Assembly (NCBI GenBank): GCA_964404855.1
Contig: CAYOLO010000002.1
Location: 67,494-131,493, forward strand
Source of the DNA: an uncultured Gammaproteobacteria bacterium
Lineage (GTDB): Bacteria > Patescibacteriota > Microgenomatia > CAYQLK01
DNA: 64,000 nucleotides
Direction: 5' to 3'
Shown: piece after piece, positions 38,236-45,909 of the stretch
How the letters are laid out: each line of letters starts with the position of its first letter
Position numbering within the stretch: position 1 is the first letter of the stretch
The notes under the pieces: generated by a model
What the model saw: only the letters and a program-made list of their open reading frames with translations
Database searches by the model: none
What the model was told of the DNA's origin: nothing
Translations under genes and position numbers: made by a program

Positions 38236-39102
38236 TTATCGAATAATAATTTCTGATGTAATTTCTTGCTCTTCTGAATCCATTGCGGATAGGTGCACAG
38301 TATAAGTTGTATCGTGAGTATCAGTGTGTGGAATACTAACTGCCCATGTTTCCCTATATATTTGATTGCTTATTGTAGAAGATGTTTGAGTAAGGTTAAA
38401 AGTTTCTGTAGTCGAGTTATCTAACTCAATATAAGCTGATACTTGACCGATTGGGTGTTCGGACCAAACTTTGGCTGTTACTAATTGCGTCTGACCAACC
38501 CCTGCATCAAGAGGATCAAAATCAACTTGAATTATTTTTGGGTATGTTGTCGATGATCCAAAATATGAAACCTTCCCTTGAATTAATTCGGTAGGAGACG
38601 GTGTGGGGGTTGGGCTTGGCGTTGGGGTTGGTATAAGATAAATTGACGCCAAGGAACTATTTGCACTCGCCAGTCCAGCATTATAAACACCTAGTGGTCC
38701 ACATTTGCCATTGCACGAAAACTCGTTAGGGACTAGATTCTCAAACTTGGCATATAGTTGATATTCGGTTCCGAATTGGGAGACGTATGCATATTTTTGA
38801 TTTTTGAGTGGATCAGACGGAAGCTGCATATATGTACTCCAATTGCTTCCCCAAGGAGCAGCAGATATTTCATAGTTATCATTTGATAGTGGATAAATAT
38901 TATTTGCCACACGATATGCCTCAATTGCTGTCTGAACAGCTTTGAGATCAGATGCTCTCTGTAGATCTCTTGTTCTACGTAGCTGAATAACAGGATTGAT
39001 GGCAATTATCACTAAAGAAATTAGTACACCTAAAATTCCGATGAATACGATAATTTCTATGGTTGTAAATCCAAAATTAAGCGTACTGCGCTTACTACAC
39101 AT
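38236..39102 (-). CDS. Type IV pilin / T2SS pseudopilin-like protein with C-terminal extension
   Basis: Class III signal G|FTTIEIIV; RDLQRASDL; PSDP; PTPTP linker. Confidence 0.85.
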   Translation of the reverse strand: MCSKRSTLNFGFTTIEIIVFIGILGVLISLVIIAINPVIQLRRTRDLQRASDLKAVQTAIEAYRVANNIYPLSNDNYEISAAPWGSNWSTYMQLPSDPLKNQKYAYVSQFGTEYQLYAKFENLVPNEFSCNGKCGPLGVYNAGLASANSSLASIYLIPTPTPSPTPTPSPTELIQGKVSYFGSSTTYPKIIQVDFDPLDAGVGQTQLVTAKVWSEHPIGQVSAYIELDNSTTETFNLTQTSSTISNQIYRETWAVSIPHTDTHDTTYTVHLSAMDSEEQEITSEIIIR

Positions 39103-39166
39103 ATTTTGATTGTTATTAAAAATGATTAACCATCAAAAATATGATGGCTTACAACGATATTAAGAA

Positions 39167-39394
39167 TCAATACTTAAGAATTGCTGAATACTTGCCGTTT
39201 CTGCTATTGCGAATCCCAACCGAGTAGTTAAGCGAGCCAACTGATAGGGCAATAGCGCCTTCAAGAAAACCTTTAACTATTTCTATTCCATCTTTGCCTT
39301 CTGAAATGGCGCCAATTCCTCCGATTAAAGATACGACAACTCCGACAGCCATTAGAAAATATCCGATTTTTATTGAAGTGTTGCCTTTTATCAT
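39167..39394 (-). CDS. Small membrane hypothetical protein
   Basis: Two Gly-rich hydrophobic helices. Confidence 0.5.
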   Translation of the reverse strand: MIKGNTSIKIGYFLMAVGVVVSLIGGIGAISEGKDGIEIVKGFLEGAIALSVGSLNYSVGIRNSRNGKYSAILKY

Positions 39395-39396
39395 TT

Positions 39397-39969
39397 TTAC
39401 TTTACTAACTCATTGTAACGAAAACAGGAGACCAGATGATTATTAACCATACCTGTTGCTTGCATGTGTGCGTAGATAATAGTCGTACCGACAAAACTAA
39501 ATCCCCTACTTTTCAGGTCTTTTGAAATTTGGTCAGATAGGGGAGACGATGGGGGAATATCAGAGTCTTTTTTGAACTTATTATTTACTGGCTCATAACT
39601 AGTAAATGCCCAGATGTATCTATCAAAACTACCAAACTCATGCTGAACTTCTAGGAATCTACTCGCGTTATTAATGGTAGATTTTATTTTTAGTCTGTTT
39701 CTAATGATTCCTGCGTCTCCAACTAATCTTTCAAAATCTTTGTCTGTATACTTGGCAATTTTTGAAACATTGTAGTTTTCGAATGCTTTCCTGTACCCTT
39801 CTCGCCTATTAAGAATTGTGTTCCAACTAAGCCCTGCTTGAGCGCCCTCAAGCACCAAAAACTCAAAGAGTTTGGCGTCGTCGTGGAGAGGAGTTCCCCA
39901 TTCGGTATCGTGATACTTGGTCATTAATTCTGAACTAAGACACCAATTGCAGCGAGTAATATTTTGCAT
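39397..39969 (-). CDS. tag: DNA-3-methyladenine glycosylase I
   Basis: RCNW, YHDTEWG, LEGAQAGLSW, IIRNRLKI, MQATGMVNNH..C. Confidence 0.95.
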   Translation of the reverse strand: MQNITRCNWCLSSELMTKYHDTEWGTPLHDDAKLFEFLVLEGAQAGLSWNTILNRREGYRKAFENYNVSKIAKYTDKDFERLVGDAGIIRNRLKIKSTINNASRFLEVQHEFGSFDRYIWAFTSYEPVNNKFKKDSDIPPSSPLSDQISKDLKSRGFSFVGTTIIYAHMQATGMVNNHLVSCFRYNELVK

Positions 39970-40070
39970 GAATATATCTTACCAAAACGTTATTCAACCT
40001 ATAGTTTATTTTATTGACAAAATATTATAAAATTCGTGCTTAAGCACATTAAACTTGGAGGCGACAACAG

Positions 40071-40844
40071 TTGTTGTGGGTTTTGCGAACCCTCGTGTTC
40101 GTGGCAATTCTGATCACAATCGGGTCAGTAATAATACCAGCAATTGTTGCAGTGTCTGTGGCTCTTGCTTGGTATATGAGAACTGGCATGGGACCAAAAA
40201 TGATGGGTAGAATTCTTATGTTCTACCCTATCGTTCACTCGCTCATCTTTGTACTCTCGAAGAATGGCATCCAAAGTCGGACAGGAGAAGACTACTTGTT
40301 GGTCGTTATTCTGACTGTATTTATGATGTCAAACACGAAAGTACTGACCCACCCAACAAAACAAGCCCTCCTAGAAGCGTTGGAGGTAAAAAATCTGATT
40401 CTTGGACTTGTAATTGTGACCACGATTTATATTCGTGGGACCGAGCTTGATCCAAGTATCTACTTAATCGTGTTCATACTAATGGTGGTGGCTTCAGTTC
40501 TACTGAACACGGTCGAGTTCCGCCACAGGATAAGACCTACCGAAACACTGGATAGTGTCTCGTTAGCTTTCGTTCATGTCCATCCGACCGATCCGATAAT
40601 CGAAAGATTGATCCTCAGTTTCGCGATGGGGACCATGATCTTCATCTCTATGGTTTTTGCCAAAGAGGTGTTGACCATTTTCGGAAGCGGGTCGGTAAGT
40701 CTTATGGTCATCTGTTTTATGGGTGCAGTATCCATATTCATGATGCTCATGGACTTTACTGGCGGAAAAACAAAGAGGTTCGGCGCCGCAATCAAGGAGT
40801 TGGTCAAGTCGACTAGGCGACTAATTCCCTCACCAACATCCTAA
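40071..40844 (+). CDS. Polytopic membrane hypothetical protein
   Basis: TTGACA upstream, GGAGG SD, TTG start, about 7-8 TM helices, downstream terminator. Confidence 0.65.
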   Translation: MLWVLRTLVFVAILITIGSVIIPAIVAVSVALAWYMRTGMGPKMMGRILMFYPIVHSLIFVLSKNGIQSRTGEDYLLVVILTVFMMSNTKVLTHPTKQALLEALEVKNLILGLVIVTTIYIRGTELDPSIYLIVFILMVVASVLLNTVEFRHRIRPTETLDSVSLAFVHVHPTDPIIERLILSFAMGTMIFISMVFAKEVLTIFGSGSVSLMVICFMGAVSIFMMLMDFTGGKTKRFGAAIKELVKSTRRLIPSPTS

Positions 40845-40869
40845 GGAAGAATGGAGGTAGCTTACTTAT

Positions 40870-40903
40870 AGCCCAAGAGAATCAAAAACTCTTGGGCTTT
40901 TTT
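40870..40903 (+). terminator. Intrinsic terminator
   Basis: AGCCCAAGAG...CTCTTGGGCT followed by a T-run. Confidence 0.75.
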
Positions 40904-41411
40904 ATGTAAAAATTGCAATTGTTTGAGCGACTTCTTCTGGAATACCTTTAATGCAAGTTAGATTGTTAACTTCCTGACTGTTAACCCATTTGTAATCGGT
41001 AAATCCACCTTTTTCTAACACCACTTCCCCGCTGTCGTAGACAGCTGCAAACTTAAGTAGAATTACTGGTATTCCGTCAGGCCTGATAAAAGCTACATTA
41101 TTAATATATTTAAGTCCATTTTTAATTTTCACTCCCGCCTCTTCAAAAACCTCTCTATTCAGTAATGATTGAATCGCATCTTCATAATCCAAAACATCAC
41201 CATTAACTCGAGTAGGGTTATTGATATCTAAATCTTTCCACTCTAATTTGCCACCACAAACTGCATATTTATTTGGATGAACTTTTTCTCTGGCGTCGCG
41301 TTTTAGTACTAAACATCTTTTGTCTGATTCTCTATAAACAACAACATTAGCAACGACATAGAACAATTTATCTTTTTTGGCTTCTTGGATTGAAATTTTT
41401 TCTGCTGGCAT
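40902..41411 (-). CDS. NUDIX hydrolase
   Basis: GGKLE...REVFEEAGV Nudix box with an insertion. Confidence 0.85.
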   Translation of the reverse strand: MPAEKISIQEAKKDKLFYVVANVVVYRESDKRCLVLKRDAREKVHPNKYAVCGGKLEWKDLDINNPTRVNGDVLDYEDAIQSLLNREVFEEAGVKIKNGLKYINNVAFIRPDGIPVILLKFAAVYDSGEVVLEKGGFTDYKWVNSQEVNNLTCIKGIPEEVAQTIAIFT

Positions 41412-41428
41412 AAATCTATTTTAGCAAG

Positions 41429-41461
41429 AAAAAGCCCCCGTCCATTTCCGTGGACGGGGGC
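41429..41461 (-). terminator. Strong GC-rich intrinsic terminator
   Basis: GCCCCCGTCCA/TGGACGGGGGC with flanking A-runs. Confidence 0.8.
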
Positions 41462-41533
41462 AAAAAGCGGAAGGCGGGAGCTTGTTTAGCTCCCAACCTA
41501 CTTGATCTTGAGCTTTTGGCAGTACTTGACTGC

Positions 41534-41968
41534 CTAGGCTCTGAGGAAGGTGGGGATGAGGCCGAGGCGGCCGGCGAGCTTGCTGAGGCCGACATACACG
41601 GCGGTGATGATGAGCATCGGGAACACCATGATGGCGGAGAACACGATGAAGATGATGGGTTCGTACCACTGCATCGGAGGCGAGCTGTTGACCGAGTCGT
41701 AGCCGACGACGTAGCCGCCCATGATCAACATGCTTCCGAAGAAGCAGAGGATGACTTGGGTCAGGACGGGTCGGCGCGATTCGGACGCGAACGCGACTGC
41801 CATGATTGGGACGAGGACGTACCCGAGCCAAAGCGAGGCGATACCCGCGGCCGTGTTGTTGTCCGGCGCCTGCCCGGCGATCGTGCCTGCCCAGAACGCG
41901 AAGAACGCGGTCATGGCGAGGTAGAAGAGCTTGAGCTGACGCGACGGATGACTGAGGGTTTCGAGCAA
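41534..41968 (-). CDS. GC-rich four-helix membrane hypothetical protein
   Basis: AAGGAAGGT SD, TTG start, GC3-rich codons, 4 TM helices, own promoter and terminator. Confidence 0.7.
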   Translation of the reverse strand: MLETLSHPSRQLKLFYLAMTAFFAFWAGTIAGQAPDNNTAAGIASLWLGYVLVPIMAVAFASESRRPVLTQVILCFFGSMLIMGGYVVGYDSVNSSPPMQWYEPIIFIVFSAIMVFPMLIITAVYVGLSKLAGRLGLIPTFLRA

Positions 41969-42004
41969 GTCTGTGGACCTTCCTTTTTTAATGATCTAAC
42001 CCCC

Positions 42005-42049
42005 ATTATACAATACTATAGGACATAAGTCAAATTTGACTTATGTCCT
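42005..42049 (-). promoter_or_regulatory. Consensus promoter with a perfect 30-bp palindrome over the -35
   Basis: TTGACT-17-TATAAT on the minus strand; AGGACATAAGTCAAATTTGACTTATGTCCT at 42020-42049. Confidence 0.75.
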
Positions 42050-42206
42050 CACGACGCGGTTTGGTATCGCATTTTTGCAATTTTAATGCTCTCTCAACCG
42101 CTCTGTGCAGGCCTTTTGTCAAGTCATTCTAGCCTCAAGTGGCTTTGATTTAAAAGAATATTGGTTTCGGGTATAATTGCCGAGCCTGAGTTACAGCTCG
42201 GTATTT

Positions 42207-42300
42207 TGCGGGATCGTCTAATGGTAAGAACCAAATACAATTTGAACCTTGCCATCATCCGACCCACATTAAAATGCGGGATCGTCTAATGGTAAGAACC
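42207..42300 (+). repeat. Two identical 26-bp repeats whose first 20 nt copy the tRNA-Gln 5' end
   Basis: TGCGGGATCGTCTAATGGTAAGAACC at 42207-42232 and 42275-42300. Confidence 0.9.
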
Positions 42301-42347
42301 TGACTAAAGTCAGAACCTTCCCACTAGACAGATTTTATTTAAATTTT

Positions 42348-42418
42348 TGCGGGATCGTCTAATGGTAGGACACGCCCCTCTGGAGGGTGGTATTGGGGTT
42401 CGAATCCCTGTCCCGCAG
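42348..42418 (+). tRNA. tRNA-Gln (CTG)
   Basis: Acceptor TGCGGGA/TCCCGCA with G discriminator; anticodon arm CGCCC-CTCTGGA-GGGTG; T-loop TTCGAAT; CCA not encoded. Confidence 0.95.
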
Positions 42419-42567
42419 CAATTATCTGCTTGACGCAACAAGCGTCTGGGTAGAGAATTATCACGACAGGATAAGAACCGTCAGGTTCGCTCTTTTTGAG
42501 TTGAACTATTGAAAAAACTATTTCAATAGTTAGTTTCAAAAATCTATGATTTGAACAAAATCATACG

Positions 42568-42584
42568 TCCCTGTCCCGCAGCAA
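42568..42584 (+). repeat. 17-bp direct repeat of the tRNA-Gln 3' end (att-like)
   Basis: TCCCTGTCCCGCAGCAA identical to 42405-42421. Confidence 0.85.
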
Positions 42585-42616
42585 GATAAACAATTTGATT
42601 TGAGTATAATAAATAT

Positions 42617-42985
42617 ATGTTAAATTTTAATTCAGTAATGATTGGGTCGGAACAACCTAAAGAAATGGGTGAGTTTTATAAAAAAGTTTTTGATAAGGCT
42701 CCAGACATGGAAGAAACTGGTTGGTACGGATGGCAAATTGGAAATGCTTTTTTCTCAATAGGCGAACACTCCGAGGTCAAAGGCAAAGTACATGAACCTC
42801 AAAGAGTTATTTTTAATTTCGAAACAAAAGAAGTTAAAGAAGAATTTGAAAGAATAAAAAATACAGGAGCAATTGTTATTAAAGAGCCATACGAAATGGG
42901 TGGTGCTTGGATTGCAACTTTTGCCGATCCTGATGGTAACTATTTCCAGCTTATGACCCCTTGGAATAATGTTAGTAACCGATAG
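42617..42985 (+). CDS. VOC/glyoxalase family protein
   Basis: FYKKVF...FADPDGNYFQL. Confidence 0.9.
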   Translation: MLNFNSVMIGSEQPKEMGEFYKKVFDKAPDMEETGWYGWQIGNAFFSIGEHSEVKGKVHEPQRVIFNFETKEVKEEFERIKNTGAIVIKEPYEMGGAWIATFADPDGNYFQLMTPWNNVSNR

Positions 42986-43025
42986 TAAAATTGACACAGT
43001 TATTGGCAATACTTAAACTTGAGGT

Positions 43026-43223
43026 ATGAAGAAATCAGTTCAAGTTATTAACAAACACACTGGTGGAGGAGGAAATGCGGTATATGCTTTCGGATTAATC
43101 GGCGCTTTGGTCTATTTCATTCAACAAGCTAACACTTTGACCGAGGGAATAATTGGAGTACTTAAGGCAATTGTATGGCCGGCATTTGTAGCATATAACC
43201 TCTTAGATTTTTTTAAGATTTAG
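43026..43223 (+). CDS. Small membrane hypothetical protein
   Basis: YAFGLIGALVYFIQ...LKAIVWPAF. Confidence 0.7.
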   Translation: MKKSVQVINKHTGGGGNAVYAFGLIGALVYFIQQANTLTEGIIGVLKAIVWPAFVAYNLLDFFKI

Positions 43224-43240
43224 GTCAGAATATTTTCTAG

Positions 43241-44437
43241 CTAGGCAGCAACCAAGTAAGGGACTCTGGCTATTGAGTACGGATTAATGTTCGGCTCCAT
43301 AAGAATAACTGGAGAACCAACGAACGCTCGACTCCCCTTGTCACCTACTCTTATTCTCCTGGCAACTGGTTTGTGCTTAATAACATCTAGTGAACGGTTA
43401 ATTTGTGCCATTAATTCTTGTGGAGTTACGACTCTTTTTTCTGTAGCGACAATTGTTTTCCTTTGAATATTTCCAAAACCAGCTTCGACACAAGCATCGG
43501 CAAGCAACTGCTGAAAAAGATCGATACGAAAAGTACCAAGCATTATTTGTAAAAATCTATGAGTTGTGTCCATGCCAATGTAAATACCTGCCTCACGTGG
43601 ACGATTGGCTAAATATTCTTTAAATATGTTTTTTTGTTTCTCTACTTGTAGTTCAACATGATTAAGGAGAAGTGATGCTTGGGCCGGTAAGCTCCTGAGG
43701 CCAGCTGTTGCTGGAAGTTTGGTTTTGTCGAATGGGTAAGCAATTTGTTCAAGTGCTTCAACAATATTAGTGTTAAATCTTGCTCCAATAAGTTTTTCGA
43801 CAGATTTTTGAATTTCAATTAACATTTGTTGAGGCTCATCAAGTGATGATTGAACACCTAAAGTGTTCAATCTCGCTTCAAGCGATTGTTGTTGAGAGCT
43901 AGTTATATCTTCGATACCTGTTCCCCCGATTGCGTGACCAGCTCCTTGCCATGACGAGCCATAAAACTCAGGATCAGGACTATATGTTTGCACTGCCACT
44001 AGCTTGTCGGTTTTGGTTTTGATTTGACTGACTACTTTAGGCAGGTCTCTAGGGGGAATACAGTCGAGTGCTTCTTGGGTAAGAGTCGTTGATGTGTAAT
44101 CGACTGAGCCAATAACGTCTTCCATTCTACCTTGAATAAATCTTGCCTTGGGAAGCCTTGTTTTGGCTTTGTCTAATAGTGATTGATTGAAGTCTATTCC
44201 AGTAATCCGAGCAGGGTCTAACCTCATCATTTCTTCAACTTTGCCTGTACCAATACCGAGACAAAGAAGATCTGTGCCTAGTAGATTCTCTGAGGCGACT
44301 AAATGACGATAAGCGTGCGTGAGTGGACGAATGTAAATATTACGAGAACGCTCAAAGTTACTGGTGAACTCCTCGGCGGTTCGCGGTTCTCTGATCCATT
44401 CTGAAACAAATGGAGATTTTCCTTGTTCTGGTGACAT
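43241..44437 (-). CDS. Class I SAM-dependent methyltransferase-like protein with a large uncharacterised C-terminal region
   Basis: LLCLGIGTG...GIDFN..LL..AK...FIQG. Confidence 0.6.
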   Translation of the reverse strand: MSPEQGKSPFVSEWIREPRTAEEFTSNFERSRNIYIRPLTHAYRHLVASENLLGTDLLCLGIGTGKVEEMMRLDPARITGIDFNQSLLDKAKTRLPKARFIQGRMEDVIGSVDYTSTTLTQEALDCIPPRDLPKVVSQIKTKTDKLVAVQTYSPDPEFYGSSWQGAGHAIGGTGIEDITSSQQQSLEARLNTLGVQSSLDEPQQMLIEIQKSVEKLIGARFNTNIVEALEQIAYPFDKTKLPATAGLRSLPAQASLLLNHVELQVEKQKNIFKEYLANRPREAGIYIGMDTTHRFLQIMLGTFRIDLFQQLLADACVEAGFGNIQRKTIVATEKRVVTPQELMAQINRSLDVIKHKPVARRIRVGDKGSRAFVGSPVILMEPNINPYSIARVPYLVAA

Positions 44438-44535
44438 TTTGGTGATTATAACAACACAACTAGCAATAACGAATTTAGCTTACTTTAGATGCCCATTAAA
44501 ATCTAGATGTATAATTAGTTCAGTTAACTGAACTT

Positions 44536-45027
44536 ATGATTTTACGAATAATTTACACACTTTTTATCGGCGTATTTTTAGCAGTATTTGTAGGAGTAGG
44601 AGTTTCTGCTTTTTATTCTGGACCCAAGTATCCCGAAATGCCTGCGATGTTGAAATATTGTTCAATTGAGCTTAAAGATGCTGACCAGTGTGCTGATTAT
44701 AAAAAATCAGCAGAGGAATTCGACATGGCTGAAAAAATATATCGAACTCAATCTCAAGATTACAATCGAAATGTTTCGATGATTGCTGTCATTGCGGCGG
44801 TGATTCTTGTGACTACAAGTTTAACTCTGTTTAAAAAAATATTACTCATTGCTGATGGAATATTGCTTGGAGGAGTACTGACATTGCTTTATGGTACTAT
44901 TCGCGGATTTAGTGCAGAAAATCTAAAGTTTTTGTTCCTGGTCGTCTCGGTTGGGTTAATCGTGTCTCTGGTGCTTGGATATCTTAAATTTATTCGACCT
45001 GTCAAAACAGGTAATAAAAAGAAGTAG
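44536..45027 (+). CDS. Membrane hypothetical protein
   Basis: Four TM helices with a periplasmic CxnC loop. Confidence 0.7.
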   Translation: MILRIIYTLFIGVFLAVFVGVGVSAFYSGPKYPEMPAMLKYCSIELKDADQCADYKKSAEEFDMAEKIYRTQSQDYNRNVSMIAVIAAVILVTTSLTLFKKILLIADGILLGGVLTLLYGTIRGFSAENLKFLFLVVSVGLIVSLVLGYLKFIRPVKTGNKKK

Positions 45028-45051
45028 TCTGAGTTGAGGTTGATACTCTAG

Positions 45052-45303
45052 ATGTATTACGTTTATATAGTTAAGTGCGCCGACGGAACATACTACACAG
45101 GTAGGACAAATGATTTGGAAAAAAGGTTAAACAATCATAATCACTCCAAAAATGGCGCGCACTACACAAAAATCAGAAGGCCTGTTGAGCTTGTATATAA
45201 AGAGGAGTGTTTAAGTTTGGGTGATTCTTTAAGACGAGAGTTGGGAATAAAAAAATTAAGTCGCAAGCAAAAGAAAGTGTTGATAACAACTAAAAGAATT
45301 TGA
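45052..45303 (+). CDS. GIY-YIG nuclease (YhbQ/UPF0213-like)
   Basis: YYVYIVKCADGTYYTG, GAHYTKIRRPV. Confidence 0.9.
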   Translation: MYYVYIVKCADGTYYTGRTNDLEKRLNNHNHSKNGAHYTKIRRPVELVYKEECLSLGDSLRRELGIKKLSRKQKKVLITTKRI

Positions 45304-45874
45304 TTGCAGAAATTATTTTGTTAACGGTCTCAATATTCTGTGTTTGATTATTGTTTTGGTTAATTGTGAAATCGATTTTAAATATTTTTCTAGCGAAAAT
45401 TGAATAGATACTAATTACTTGAGGATTACTGTTTTGGGATTTTGCAATAATAGCGGGGCGTGTGTTGTTAATTATTGATTCACAAACAATATTTGGATTA
45501 TTATCACAATTTGTAACCTGATCCAGTACAGTATCGTACTGTTGGCTAATTGTAATATTGACTCGGATATCACCATCTGAAGAGGTTAGATTAACCGCTT
45601 GAATAGTATCTGTATCGTTTGGTGTTGTAATATCTTCTGTTTGCCAAGCGGCAGGATAAATCATTTGTAGCTTGCTATCCTTGCTCGAAAATACATTTTG
45701 ATCATCAAGATCAACTACTGTTAGTGTTGGGGTTGGAGTTAGTTGTGATGCGTCTATTGTTTCGCTTGGTTCTTGGTTGGATTTGAATAATACCCCCTGT
45801 TTGGTAAGAAAAAATATTAAACCGGTTACCAGCAGTAAAATAATACTTAGTACAATAATTATTTTTTTGACCAT
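45290..45874 (-). CDS. Membrane-anchored PsbP-like hypothetical protein
   Basis: N-terminal TM helix, YPAAW, C-terminal KIISAIKF. Confidence 0.6.
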   Translation of the reverse strand: MVKKIIIVLSIILLLVTGLIFFLTKQGVLFKSNQEPSETIDASQLTPTPTLTVVDLDDQNVFSSKDSKLQMIYPAAWQTEDITTPNDTDTIQAVNLTSSDGDIRVNITISQQYDTVLDQVTNCDNNPNIVCESIINNTRPAIIAKSQNSNPQVISIYSIFARKIFKIDFTINQNNNQTQNIETVNKIISAIKFF

Positions 45875-45909
45875 ATGAATATTATATTTGAAAAGACTGA
45901 ATTTAGTTC

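Noticed and set aside
41421-42028. Long ORFs 41450-42028 (+) and 41421-41831 (-)
   Set aside because: Stop-poor shadow frames of GC-rich DNA; the 41534-41968 frame has SD, promoter, terminator and a coherent membrane topology
42207-42367. CRISPR array interpretation of the three TGCGGGATCGTCTAATGGTA repeats
   Set aside because: The repeat is the tRNA-Gln 5' end, the third copy is the tRNA itself, spacers resemble each other structurally, and no cas genes are in the window
45052-45303. GIY-YIG as a homing endonuclease or mobile element
   Set aside because: 83-aa stand-alone YhbQ-type domain; no intron or element boundaries
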